From: the human T2T-CHM13v2.0 reference genome, Homo sapiens
Assembly: GCF_009914755.1 (NCBI RefSeq)
Contig: NC_060925.1
Length of the DNA: 64,000 nt
Reading direction: 5' to 3' (one strand)
Part shown: positions 40,884 through 53,232 of the stretch, in pieces
Numbering within the stretch: the first letter of the stretch is position 1
How the letters are laid out: every line of letters starts with the position of its first letter
The notes under the pieces: generated by a model
Database searches by the model: none
Told to the model about the DNA's origin: nothing
Seen by the model: only the letters and a program-made list of their open reading frames with translations
Made by a program: the position numbers and the translations under genes

Positions 40884-41423
40884 TAGTAGTCAGTCACCCC
40901 TTACCTACGGTTTTGTCTTCCACCATTGCCGTTACCTGCAGTCAACCATGGTTTAAAAATATTAAATAGAAAAATCCAGAAATAAACAATTGTAAGTTTG
41001 AAATTTTGTGCCATTCTCAGTAGCATGATTAAATCTCACACTGCCCCACTCTCTCCCATCTGGAACATGAACCATCCCTTTGTCAAGCATATCTATGCTA
41101 CATATGCTACCAGCCCCTTAGTTCCACCGAGGTTATCAGATAGAATGTAGCAATATTGCAGTGAGTGCTAGTCTTCAAATAACCCTTATTTTACCTAGTA
41201 TCTCCAAAGTGCAAGAGTAGTGATGCTGGCATATTGTTATAATCGTTCTATTTTATTATTGGTGTTGTTAATCTGTTACCCTGCCTAATTTATAAATTAA
41301 ACATTATCACAGGCATGTATACATAAGAAAAACAAGTATATGGAGAATGTAGTACCATCCCTAGTTTCAGACATCCACTGACAGTCTCAGAATGTATCCC
41401 CCATGGATAAGGAGGGACTATTA
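40884..41423 (+). mobile_element. MER44-type (Tigger7, Tc1/mariner) non-autonomous DNA transposon
   Basis: Decayed TIRs 'tagtagtc..ccccttacc' and 'ggataaggagggactatta', TA on both flanks, internal 'aaaatattaaatagaaaaatccagaaataaacaat'. Confidence 0.88.
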
Positions 41424-41554
41424 TAATTGTTTCTGTTTCTATAAGGCAAAAATACATTATATGTGATGACTCTAGATTTTCAATTATAAATAGAAAACAT
41501 TATAGGAACATTAACAAAAAACGTTTTTCTTGATAGCATAATTTATTCTAATCT
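41424..41554. repeat. Local direct repeat copy A (copy B at 42385-42491)
   Basis: Shared 'aaggcaaaaat..ttatatgtgatgactctagattttcaat..cataatt.attctaatct'. Confidence 0.92.
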
Positions 41555-42046
41555 TTCTTAGAATTTGTTGGTATAAGCTATTTGTGTTTAAGAAGTGTTA
41601 TTTTTACTTTTGTCTAATCACATAATATTAGATTTTGGCATTTTTTCTGTGGAAAATTCAATGGAAATCTCTGTAAGTATTTTGTTTTTGATAGATTTTG
41701 GCTAATTGTAGGATATGTTTTTGATTCTATATTTAGTATAGTTTGCTCTTTAGACAGTCAAGAGTTGGTGCCATGTTGTGTGTTCTATATTAATCGATAA
41801 TTTCTTGCAACTATAATTTTGAGAATATTTTAAGAGCCTGAGTAATCAGTATTGATCGCTTACTTCTACAGATTTAAAATTGCTTGGCAAAAACTGGAAA
41901 AGAAACTTAAATACAGTAATAAATAATGTAGGTGCATCATGAAGATAATATAATACTTTGATGTTACCTGGCCAACTATTTAGTGAAAGAGATAGACATG
42001 TAAACAAAACACATTACAAAACTACTATAGCTTGCTATAACTGATA

Positions 42047-42270
42047 AGGTGACTATAGTCAACAAAAATTTATTGTAGATTTTAAAATAACTGAAATAAT
42101 GTAATGGGATTGTTTATAACACAAAGAAGGAGAAATATTTGAGGTGATGGATACCTCCTTTACCCTGATGTTATTATTATGCATCGCAAGCCTGTATCAA
42201 AATATCTCATGTGTCCCAGAAATATATATACCTACTATGTACCCATAAAAATTACAAATAGAAATAAAAT
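42047..42270 (+). mobile_element. L1MA 3' UTR fragment
   Basis: 'ggtgactatagtcaac...gaggtgatggatacc...cctactatgtacccataaaaatt'. Confidence 0.88.
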
Positions 42271-42384
42271 CTATATTATTACAAAATAAAATATGTTATA
42301 TTTTATAATATATATTTTATCATATATAACATATTATTATATATTATATATACCTATTATATATATTATATATATCTATACCTG

Positions 42385-42491
42385 TAATTTTTCCTGTTCC
42401 TAAAAGGCAAAAATGTGTTATATGTGATGACTCTAGATTTTCAATCATAGATAGACAACATTTTTCTGGATAACATAATTAATTCTAATCT
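42385..42491. repeat. Local direct repeat copy B
   Basis: Matches 41424-41554 but lacks about 24 internal bp. Confidence 0.92.
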
Positions 42492-43017
42492 ATATATATA
42501 CCTGATAAGGGACACAATTTTTTAGAACAGTTTGGGAGAGTTTTACTCCACTGGATTGACATAATTTTGAATTGGCTATTTCATGTTAGTAAGATATTTA
42601 TGATTTTACAATTACATTGTGTTGTGCCCAGAAAATGCAGGTGGTAAGAAAACTAAAAACCCCAGATAAACTCCTTGCAGTGAATAGATGCAATAACTAA
42701 ATGGTATAACCATAAGAATGGCTCATACATTTATAAGATATCTTTGAGCTCTGGATTTGCATTCTGATTGCTGGCTTGGTAGAAAACATTAGAAAACAAA
42801 CTAAGAGCATTTGGATTACTATTTTTTAAAAAGAGAAAAGTAAAGCTTTGGGGAAAAATTAAGAAGAGTTATTTTACCTAGCATCTAATTCAGCCAAAAA
42901 AGAATTTAACTTTTCTTGCAGAGTAAACTTTGAGTAAGTTTATAAGGATAAATTTGACTTTATCAGGTTTTGCTCAAGTGAATTTCAGGCAAAATATTTT
43001 TTCATAGCTCTTCTCTT

Positions 43018-43064
43018 ACACACACACATATACACACACACACACACACACTCACACACACACA
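43018..43064. repeat. (CA)n microsatellite
   Basis: Interrupted CA run read directly. Confidence 0.9.
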
Positions 43065-43268
43065 AATCACCTCTCCTAGAAATTAATGACCATTTAAATC
43101 ATGCAGTACTGTGTTTATTTTCAGATTTTTCTTTCCCACAAATTGTGGGTTCCTTTTTATATTCACTTTTGCTTCTCATCTAACTCTCTTTTAGACCACA
43201 GTATTGGCAACTGGTTATTTCTTTAAGAACTCTTGATATAATATTATTGATTTAAACTAAGGCATCTG

Positions 43269-44506
43269 TTTTCTCCACAACCTCCCCAACACTTATTATC
43301 TTTCATATTTTTGATAATAATAATTTCGATAATAACTTTTGTGAGGTTATGTCTCATTGTGGTTTTAATTTGGATTTCACTAACAATGAGCGATATTGAC
43401 CATTTGTTTCATATATCTGTTCACCTTTTTTTTAAGTAAAAGCAAGTTTATTAGGAAAGCAAAGGAATAAAAGAATGACTACTCCATACACAGAGCAGCA
43501 TTGTTTGCTATTTGCATGTTTCCTTTTGCGAAATGTCTATTCAGGTCCTTTGCCCATTTTTAATAGGTTTTTCTGTTTTTGTTTTTGTTTTTGTGCTATT
43601 GCATTGTTTGAGTTTCTTATGTATTTGGGATACTAACCCTTTACAAGATATTCAGCTTACTAATGTTTTCTTCCATTCTGTAGATTGCCTCACATTCTGT
43701 TTTGTTGTGGTTGCTTGTTTATTTTATGAAATCCCACTTTTCTATATTTGATTTTCTTGCCTTAACTTTTAGGATCAAATCCAAATAAAAATAAAAATTA
43801 TTGCCTGGACCAATGTTGTAGTTTTTCCCTATGATTTCTTCCAGTGATTTCATTTTGTTAAGTCTTACATTTAAGTATTTGATGCATTTTGAGTTGATTC
43901 TAGCATGTGGTATGAGATAGGGGTCTAATTTCATTCTTCTACATATGGATATCCCAGTTGTCCTAACATCCTTTCCTGAAAAGACTACTCTTTTGCCTTT
44001 GTACATTCTTGACACCTTTGTCAAAAATCAACTGTCTATAAATGAGTGAGTGGACTTCCAGTCTCTTTGTTCGGTACCATTGGTCTACGTGTCTGTGGCA
44101 AGGATGTGGAGAAAAGGGAATCCTTGTACACCGATCTTTGGCAACATGGATAAACGTGAAGGGTATTATGTTAAGTGAAACAAACCAGGCATAGAAGAAC
44201 AAAAGCTGCATGATCTCACTCATATGTGGAATCTAAAATGATCAAACACATAGAAATAGAAATCAGAATGGTGTATACCAGAGATTGGAAAGTGGGGGAA
44301 ATGGGGAGATGTTGGTCAGAAGGTAGAATGTTTCACTTAGACAGGAGGAATAAATGATAAGTATTTAAAGTGATGGACAGGTTTATTAGCTTGATTCAAT
44401 CATTCTACATTGTACATTGTACATATATATATATATTTGCATTAATTTGTTCCCCATAAATATATACAATTATCATTTGCCAATATCTAAAAAAAATAAT
44501 AAAAAT
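43269..44506 (+). mobile_element. Old L1MA with 5' inversion (minus-strand part 43269-44095, plus-strand part 44096-44506)
   Basis: ORF 43719..44024(-) has ICRRMKLDPYL (ORF2p). Orientation flips at about 44096 to a sense 3' end with an A tail. Diverged TSD-like flanks aaactaaggcatctg and aaagtaagatagctg. Confidence 0.8.
43426..43499 (-). mobile_element. Polyadenylated ERV1 LTR R-region fragment (MER41/MER4-group-like) inserted in L1MA
   Basis: Minus strand reads gctgctctgtgtatggagtagtcattcttttattcctttgctttcct-AATAAA-cttgcttttactt-(A)8. Confidence 0.75.
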
Positions 44507-45439
44507 AAAGTAAGATAGCTGGCATTCTTTATAACCATATTTCATTCTGTGGTTTATATTAAGATCCAAGTTTTCATCTTCTATTTTACAATACAGAAAA
44601 TAGGGAATCAATCAGAATATTTTAAAGTCATATTCAACACAACAGTATAATCAGCCTATTTCAGAAGCAAAGCTTTTCCTGAGATTTATTATAAATCACA
44701 TTGTGTGCTTTGTTACAATAATATGTAAATACACACATACTTCAGAACATTCTTGATGTTTGTGATAAAATAAGAGTAAATATTTTACTAAAACTTTCAT
44801 AATCATATTTGTACAAGGTGTGAATATATTTAATAAGGAAAATAGGATATATTTAGAATTTGACGGGTCATCTAAATGCAAATATATATGAAATATGTTT
44901 TTGCAGTTTGAACAGTTCCTACAAATGAATTTCACATATTCCTTGCTTCCTTTGAGATCCAATACTTCTAATTAAACTGTAAGTATATGTCTTTCAGAGG
45001 TGTACTGAACTAAAGATAAGCAAATTCAGGTGATGAGTCTGCAGTTCTGGGAACTGAAGTCATTATTTCATGTTAGACATTTTGTAGTGAATAGTTTGCT
45101 CTGCATACCCACTACAAAGTAAAAAGTAAATAAATAAATAAGTAGCATAAATACATTATATCATTTGGATTTAAATTTTAATGTGTATACATTTATTAAA
45201 ATGCTAGTAATAGACTATTTAGTTTAAAAGGCTAGTTCACAAATATTTATTAAATTCTAACTTATTCTAGAAAATGTGTTAAGCATTATAAACTAAAAAA
45301 TAAATTTTATAAATATTTCTAATAAGCAAGACCAACTTTTAAATATGCATACAGTAAAATTTCTTGTATGCATACAAAAACAAATGTACACAATAAAATT
45401 TGTGTAATTATTAAAATAATGTCTTGAATGCAGAGAGAA

Positions 45440-46230
45440 GAACACTTACTCTGGCCTCAGAAGACTCCTAGACAAATGTGTGGACTGACTCATGGAGGCT
45501 GAGTAGGGGTCGGTTGGGTGAAGATGGGCTGAAGAGCATGCCAGGCAAAGTGACCAGAGTGACTAGAGACATGAAAATGTGACTTAGATTGATGTAGGGG
45601 CTTACTATAAGCTACAAAATAATACTTTAACATAAATTAGAGATCTGAAAGTTAAGAGCTAAGTCTGATTCATGGATAGCCTTTATGACATGCTAACTCT
45701 GTAGGAATTTATCAGTGGTTCTGAAACTTTAGTATGGGTAAGAGTGACCTGGGATACCTATTAAAATATAGAGTCCCATGATCTACTCTCAGACATTTTA
45801 ATGTGTTTTAATGTAAGTCTGAGGTGCAGTTTAGAAATTTCTATCTCTATCTGGTAAGCAAGATGATTCTTAATTATGCGGTTTTGACAATCGGTCATCA
45901 AAGGATTTTAAACAGGAGAAGTGACATTTAGAAAGATTGCTCTCATTGTAATGTGAAAAATGGATATGAGATAAACAAAATTGTAGTAGAGAAATTAGTT
46001 GCAATGTAATACAATAATTCCGATGAGACATAAAGCATTACATTATGGCAGTAGGGCAGAAACAAACAGGAGAAATCGTTTCTAAAATAATTGAGAAATT
46101 TATATTTATGAAACATAAGGATTGCATTTTTCAATTTAAGAGATGAAGAGAAAAAGGTTGAGAATGGCTGCTAGTTTTCTGGCTCATGTGATTGGGTAGG
46201 TAGTCATTACATTAAATTAAATAAGACAAA
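45440..46230 (-). mobile_element. L2 fragments
   Basis: 'gagcatgccaggcaaag', 'aaggattttaaacaggagaagtgacatttagaaagattgctc' and 'tagttttctggct' are antisense L2 motifs. Confidence 0.55.
45714..45890. mobile_element. MER5A-like hAT MITE
   Basis: 'cagtggttctgaaactttagtatgggtaagagtgacctggga...ttaaaatatag...gtctgaggtg...gatgattct'. Confidence 0.65.
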
Positions 46231-46633
46231 TGGCAAATTTCTGGGATTAAGTTGGCGGATTAGTCATATGTTTCTCTCTTCTTCCCATACGAAATTCAAG
46301 AAAAATTTTTTTATTTAAGTAAGTAAATAAATAAATCTAGCAAAACTCAAACATTTAGGCAAACTATCCATAAATAAAAAGTGGAGAAATCTTCTGAAAG
46401 GTAAACCGCAGGCAAAGAACAACAACCAGACATATGTAGAGGAGGTTTTCTTCTATGAGATGGGAACAGTATTGATAAGTTCCAAGGACATATACAGAAG
46501 AAACTGGGAGGTGAATGTGTGTATATGGCAAACACCAGACTAACTAGTTGATGTACACACTTCATTTCCAGTGACAGAGTTCAATCCAGATAAAGACCTC
46601 TTCTGTCACCCTGAACCTCTACATCTTATACAG

Positions 46634-49292
46634 CAACATTCCCCAAACTTTTTGATGCTAGGGCCCAGTTTTGTGGAAGATAATTTTTCCATGGAGTGGG
46701 GCAGGGAGGGGTCGGGGGACGGTTTGGGAATGATTCAAGCTCATTATATTCATTGCACAGTTTATTTTTATTATTATTACATTGTAACACATAATGAAAT
46801 AATTATACAACTCATCATATGTAGAATGAGTGGGAGCCCTGAGCTTGTTTTCCAGCAACTAGAAGGTCCCATCTGAGGGCAACGGGAAATAGTGACACCC
46901 AAATTGTGTTGCTATGTCCAGTCTGCTCCATAATCTTGTTTTGGTTGCTGTCACCGCAGAAACCCCTCCTTCACAAAGACAGGAAGTTGGAAATAGAAGC
47001 AGACTTTTCAGTGCTTCTGTGGCAATCACAGAGTATTTCTCCTTGACTTTAATCCAGGATGTATGGAGATTTAAAATCTCAAATATACTTTTGAGGTCGC
47101 TGTCATCTGCGATCTCAAGCAATTGATCCTTTTCTAGAAGACAAAGTCCATTCACCTGGCTTATTCACAAATGATTAGTGCATCCATTCCTCCCCAGTTT
47201 GGGAGTCTTTTGTGGTTAGAAAATAATGCTCAAATTCTTCCGAAAGCTGAGATAGGTGATCATGCACCTGCTAGGAGAAAGAAGGCCCTGGTTCAGTCTC
47301 TCAAAATCTCTGCTAATGTTTGAATCATGTCAAAAATCCCAATGTTCACGCATCACCCCCATAATTCCAGTTTGGATTGGAATGCAGCCACTTTATCTGC
47401 CGACTTGAACACAGTTGTTCTCTCCCATAGTGACAGATTGAGTTCATTGAGCAGGTTGAATGTGTCACACAAACAAGCAAGTTTTGCAACCATTCTGTGT
47501 CACTGAAATATGCTGTTAGTAGTGACTCTTTTTCTAAAAGAAATCTCTGGAGTGGCCCTCGTAACTCGAAAACCCATGCCAGTGATCGACCTTTAGAAAG
47601 TCATCTCACTCCTGTGTGTAAGAGAAATGTGTGTGCTCTGCATTCATCTCCTCACGGAGCTGCACAAACAGATGCGAGTTAAGGGCATGTATAATACTTT
47701 AATATGGTTAATAATTGTAATCATATCCTGTCAAACATTATTAAGTTCTGGTGACATTTTTAGACTAGCCAACACTTCTCTATAGATGACAGTGTGTAGA
47801 CCCACATTCAGAAGTGACATCTTTAACCCCAGTAGTGAAAGCAGAAAGCTGTTCAGTCATGGCAGCTGCTCCATCTGTGCATATACTGACAGAAAATGAC
47901 CAGTTCTGTTTTCCTGATATGTAATTATTCAAAGACATGAATGGTTCTGCAGCTGTGGTGTTGGTTGCCAACAAAAGTGCACATAACATATCTTCATGAA
48001 CATCCTTTAGAAAAATATATCACACAAAACAAACATTGTTGCCTTGTTGTCAACATTGGTGGGCTCATCAATCTGAATTGTGTATTACAGTAACTCATTT
48101 AATCTTCTCTTTTTAATCTTAAGCACCATTGTGCTTCAACATCCTCTCCTATTTCATCAATTCACTTATTTTTGTGCTAGCCAAAATAGAAACACGTGCC
48201 ACCCTTTGAAGTGCAGCCTCTCCAAAAATTCATGACAAATGTCCTTAGCAGCAGGCAGGATCACCTCTTCACCAATAGTAAAGGGCTTCTTACCTTTAGC
48301 AATGCAGTTAGCCACTAAGAATGATGCTCTCCATGCAGACACATTTAATGAAGTGGTGGCCTTCAATACTTGCTTCTGTTCTTCATGTTCAAGTTTCTTT
48401 TCTTTGAAAAACTCCAAAGCCTTGTCTTTTGTTGCAAGGTGTCTGTCTTCTTGCAGAGCAACAGGTGGTGAAGCAGTTTTGAAGCTTCCATGGCTTAATT
48501 GGATAGCCAGTCACCACATATTATAGAGATAGGGCCCAGAGAATGTGAATCGCATGTTGGTATTTTCTTTTAAATGCAACTTTCTTTTTGTTGGCAGTCT
48601 TAGAGTCTTCTGCTGTCTCATTATTGGGTCTTTTCCTCTTTTCAAAGAAGCTCTCCAGTGATATTTGTTTTTTACTCATTTGGGATAAGGTTAGCTTGTG
48701 GGCTTACCAAAACTGTGACTGAGACAATTGCATAGTGTGGGAAAGAGGCATAGAAGGAAGTGGTAAATAAAATAATGAGTGGGCAACACATGGATTGAAA
48801 TAAGTGTTGGATTCTGACTTAAAGCCTGCCACCAGATGCAGCTGTACAATTGAAGTACATCAACTCACTGGCCACTATAAAGCCTGCCACCAGATGCAGC
48901 TTGTCACTTGCCACTCACTGATAAGAGTTTTGATATGAGTCTGCAAGAAGTTGATTTATCATTGTCTCTGTGCAGTCAAACCTCTCTGCTAATGTTAATC
49001 TGTATTAGCATCACTGCCTCTGCTCCACCTTAGATCATCAAGCATTAGATTCTCATTAGGAGCATGCAACTGAGATCCCTTGCATGCACAGTTTGCAATA
49101 GGGATCATGCTCCTATGAATATCTAATGTTGCCACTGGTCTGACAGGTGGTAATGCAAGCACTGGAGAATGGCTGTAAATAAAGATGACAAACTTTGCTC
49201 ACTCACCCACCACTCACCTCCTGCTGTGTGGCCTGATTCCTAATGGGCCACAGACCAGTACAGGTCTGTGCCCTAGGTGTTGGGGATCCTTG
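46634..49292 (-). mobile_element. Near full-length Charlie3 (MER1-family hAT) DNA transposon
   Basis: Perfect 8-bp TSD TTATACAG (46626-46633 and 49293-49300), MER1-type termini with decayed TIRs, 2659 bp, and an internal transposase remnant. Confidence 0.93.
46824..48679 (-). pseudogene. hAT (Charlie/Buster-type) transposase, disrupted
   Basis: Starts MSKKQISLESFFEK; IAKGKKPFTIGEEVILPAAKDI; CTDGAAAMT; THC; C-terminal dimerisation motif LLLFPTSCLCEGGVS..KTRL.SRLD; multiple stops and frameshifts. Confidence 0.92.
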
Positions 49293-49929
49293 TTATACAG
49301 GACACAGTAATTCATAGGTTTTTGTGTGGGATAGAGAAGTAGATGTGTGCTCTGGAGGCAAGGAGATACAGGGAAATTCAATAACCAGGTAATTACTCAC
49401 TAAAGTAACCTCCCCTGTGGTTACTTTAGCATGGCATATTATCTAACTCCACACTTGGGAAATATAGAAGGATATGCTATTGTTTGGACAGATACCTGAA
49501 TAAGCAGAAGCAAAAGACTTATCAAATATGAGTGCAAAATAAAGATAGTACATACATGAGTAAAAGTAACACCTTATAAGATAAGTAGGGGATTCAAGAG
49601 GAGGAACACATCTTAGAGATAAAATGGAGTTAAAAATTTCATTTTGGGTATGTCATTTCAGGTCAATGTAGAAGATTTGTAAAAGTATTATAAAAGGTTG
49701 TCCAACGAAATAATATATAAGTTTCAATCTCAAGAAAGCGAATAGATCTTAATATATTAATTTTAAAGAAATATTCATGTAGTTGATGGATATATGTATT
49801 GATATTCATGTAAATGATAGATTATTGGTGAAACTGTCAAGGAATAATACATATTAGGAAAGAACGGTGGATCCAAGTAAAATCTGGAGTAGTCCTGGAT
49901 ATAGCATCTATCTTTCCACCTTATAATTT

Positions 49930-50115
49930 TGATCACATATCTGAATTTGTAATTTTCCAGTAAAGCCTGATACAAGGATTTGAGAACAAGGAGTGTATTT
50001 GCGGACTGAGCCCAGACTACACCAGCAGTGAAGTAGCAGCATGAGAGGGAAGCCAGTGTTGTGTTATCAGAGGAGTCTTCCCAACAGCAGCTTGGCCTAG
50101 AGGAACTCTGGAAGA
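49930..50115 (-). mobile_element. ERVL LTR fragment (LTR16/LTR33-like)
   Basis: 'agcctgatacaaggatttgagaacaaggagtgtatttg' resembles the antisense LTR16/33 3' end. Confidence 0.5.
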
Positions 50116-51184
50116 TTCAGTATTTATGCAACAACTCCAATGGATAAAATTTTGAGAAATTTTTTAACATAAATATTTTGCTATATCAAATCTAGAGATA
50201 TTTAGAGAACTCATAATTTCATGACATGGATAATGAAGTAACAAGCAAGTGGGTGTAACTTTTCTAAAGATAACTACTTATAACATTTTAATGCATGTAT
50301 ATACACATGTACATACACATATATACACATATAGATATATATATATGTAAGTGCATGTATTTACCTAATTATATGCAGTCATGTTTTTATTTTTCTATTG
50401 AAGTATTTTTGGAACAGTCGTCTGTGTTCATAAATATTCTTTATAATAATTATTAAAAGCAAAATTGAAACTATTTAATTCTAATAAGCTGTGTTTTACA
50501 AAATTGAATTTTATTTGCTTTTAATAAGCTTAACGATATCATAGTGTTTACTTATCCTTTTCCCTTTTGTTGACTATTTTGTTTTATTTTTCTTCCAAGT
50601 GTTAACAAATAGCATCACAATAAACATTCTTAAGTATAATTCCTTATTCTTATCTCTCTTTATTCTCTTGAATATATTCCTAAATGAGAGGTATGGATTA
50701 TTATGTAGATGGTTATACACATATTTTAAGGTAGTTTGATTCCATAATGTACTTCTAACAGCAGTCTATTAAAACACACATAACAGATCTTTGTACTTCT
50801 TTATATCAGATGAGCTGCAAACCTTTTTGATATATAACCTGTTAAGCAGGATGCTTTGATCAACTATAGTTAAAATTATATACATTTATTACCATATGAA
50901 CATAATGCATAAATCATAATATAGTACATAAAAATGAAGACATTAATGTAAAATTAACATGAGAATCCTAGTGTTTTCCTAAACATTTTTGTTATTATCT
51001 TAGACCCTATCTTTTCCACATTTTTTATTTCCACTATAGGTACTCACTTTCACCTATAAGTCTTAGAATTTATGTAATGGAGCACAAGAAAAGTTAGCAA
51101 ATGGGAATGTCAATTTTGGGGCAACTATTCATAGGTTTGGCATGATGATATTAATTATCATAAGAAATCTTTGTTTAATGTTTC

Positions 51185-51345
51185 ATAGTTTACAATGTAT
51201 TTTTACACAAAAAATCTGATTTATTCTTCACATGTACCTTACAATATTAACAGAAAAGTAAGTATTATCATCCCCCTTTTCAAATTAATACAATTAAGAT
51301 CAGGAAGCCCAAATGTCTTTCTTGGCCATACAGCCAATAATAATA
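51185..51345 (-). mobile_element. MIR
   Basis: 'ccttacaatatt...agtattatcatcccccttttcaaat...ggccatacagc' is antisense MIR core. Confidence 0.55.
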
Positions 51346-52406
51346 TACCCTATTTTCATAATAAGATCTTTCAAGTACTGGGTGTTCGTCTGAAATCAGG
51401 GCTTAGAATCAGAGTTCCCGGGGTGATAGAAGCAGGATGAAAAGGGCTGTTAAATCCAAGCACAAAATTGTGCTGAATATGGTCAAGAACCATATTCATA
51501 TGGAGCTTAAAACTAGGGGTTGCAGTGGACCTAGGTCAAGAAGTGGATCTGGAGCAAAGGCGATGAAACAGCGGATCAGGACACAGGCAACATTGAAAGG
51601 CAATGCAGAGTAACAAACCAAGTACAGAACTCCTATGTGAGTGGTTGTTAAAAGTGTGTGTGTGTGTGTGTGTTTATAGGAAACACACAACCTCTGGATC
51701 AGAAAACAAACAGTTTATCGCTCATGGAAAATCAGAGTGCTTTTTCCCCTCAAACCCTGATTCTCTCATGGAGTGACACAGTGAGAGCCAAATGCCCAGT
51801 TGTTCATACGTCACAGGAACCCTGCTGTTATGTGAGTCAGACCTCACAGATGGCAGCTGGTGTGTGGGCCCAACCTCCCCTTAACTGAAAGAAAGGTGCC
51901 TAGATTTTTACTGCCCTGGGATATGAGCAAATGGCTCTAGGGCAGGTGAGTTTTTTTGTCTCTGTGGAGTAATACTCTATCAATTGCTAAGGCAATCATT
52001 CTTTAATCAAGCTTGCCAGTGCTTTTTTCGTCAGAAAGCCCAGGCCTTGAAGAAACAAAAATATTTACAAAGAATTGTCCCCTAAAATTGGTAACCACAG
52101 GAGCAAGGAAGGAGAATGCATCTTGACCAAAGCCTCCAGGTTTGAGATTTGCCAGATATTTCCTAGATTGCTTATTAAGCTCTTTAGCTACAAAAAAGTC
52201 CTTGTTTCAGTCCATTCTTGTAACATTTTTATTTTCATTAACTTTATCATTTCCTCTCAATTATGTCTTTATTCAGTTGCATTTCCACAAAATATTCATT
52301 TTGCCTGCTGCGAAGATTCTTTTAGACAAGGTCACCACATTGAAAATGTACGTTCACTTCCTATTGCTTGAGCCCAACTACTGGCTGCTCATTTCCAGGT
52401 ACTCTT

Positions 52407-52827
52407 TTTTTAAAATTTATTTTACTTTAAGTTCTAGGGTACATGTGCACAATGTGCATGTTTATTACCTATGTATACATGTGCCATATTGGTGTGCTGC
52501 ACCCGTTAACTAGTTATTTACATTAGGTATATCTCCTAATGCTATCCCTCCCCCCTCCCCCGACCCCCCCGGCAGGCCCCAGTGTGTGATGTTCCCCACC
52601 CTGTGTCCATGTGTTCTCATTGTTCAATTCCCACCTATGAGTGAGAACATGTGGCGTTCGGTTTTCTGTCCTTGGGATAGTTTGCTCAGAATTATGGTTT
52701 CCAGCTTCATCCATGTCCCTATAAAGGACATGAACTCATCCTTTTATATGGCTGCATTGTATTCCATGGTGTATATGTGCCACATTTTCTTAATCCAGTC
52801 TATCATTGATGGCCATTTGGGTTCGTT
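52407..52827 (-). mobile_element. 5'-truncated L1PA (about L1PA4-6)
   Basis: Perfect 16-bp TSD ATTTCCAGGTACTCTT (52391-52406 and 52828-52843), TT/AAGA-type target, near-consensus 3' end. Confidence 0.96.
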
Positions 52828-53189
52828 ATTTCCAGGTACTCTTAAAGGGACTTCAGCAATGAGACCACCTGTGAGATCTGTGGTCTGGATTTCCGATGTA
52901 ACACAGGAACAAGGGAAAGAATAAGGAAGGGGTCATGCAGTCCGTCCCATCACCATGGTGGTGGGCAGGGGGCTAAGCATTTTGATGCTCTATTTGATCC
53001 AAAGCATCTTTTTCTTCCCCTTTAATAAGTTTTGATAACTTACAATAGCTCAAAATATTATGGGCATCTATGCACCTTAAAAACAGTAAACTGTCAATGA
53101 ATATGCAGAGTCAGTTAAAAGCTCAAGCCTGCAAGTCATTACTATTTAAAAATTACAAAGTGTATCATATTTTTAAATACAAGACTATT

Positions 53190-53232
53190 TTTTTTGAGGT
53201 GGAGTTTCACTCTTGTCGCCCAGGCTGGAGTG
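53190..53232 (-). mobile_element. 43-bp Alu 3' terminal insertion (Sq/Sp-type)
   Basis: T tail plus 'gaggtggagtttcactcttgtcgcccaggctggagtg' between perfect 15-bp TSDs AAATACAAGACTATT. Confidence 0.93.

Noticed and set aside
48818-48902. Direct repeat TAAAGCCTGCCACCAGATGCAGCT x2 in Charlie3
   Set aside because: Lies in the transposon's subterminal region and is most likely a family feature.
51380-52380. Possible old LTR element around the (GT)n run
   Set aside because: The composition is suggestive, but I could not identify termini or a family.
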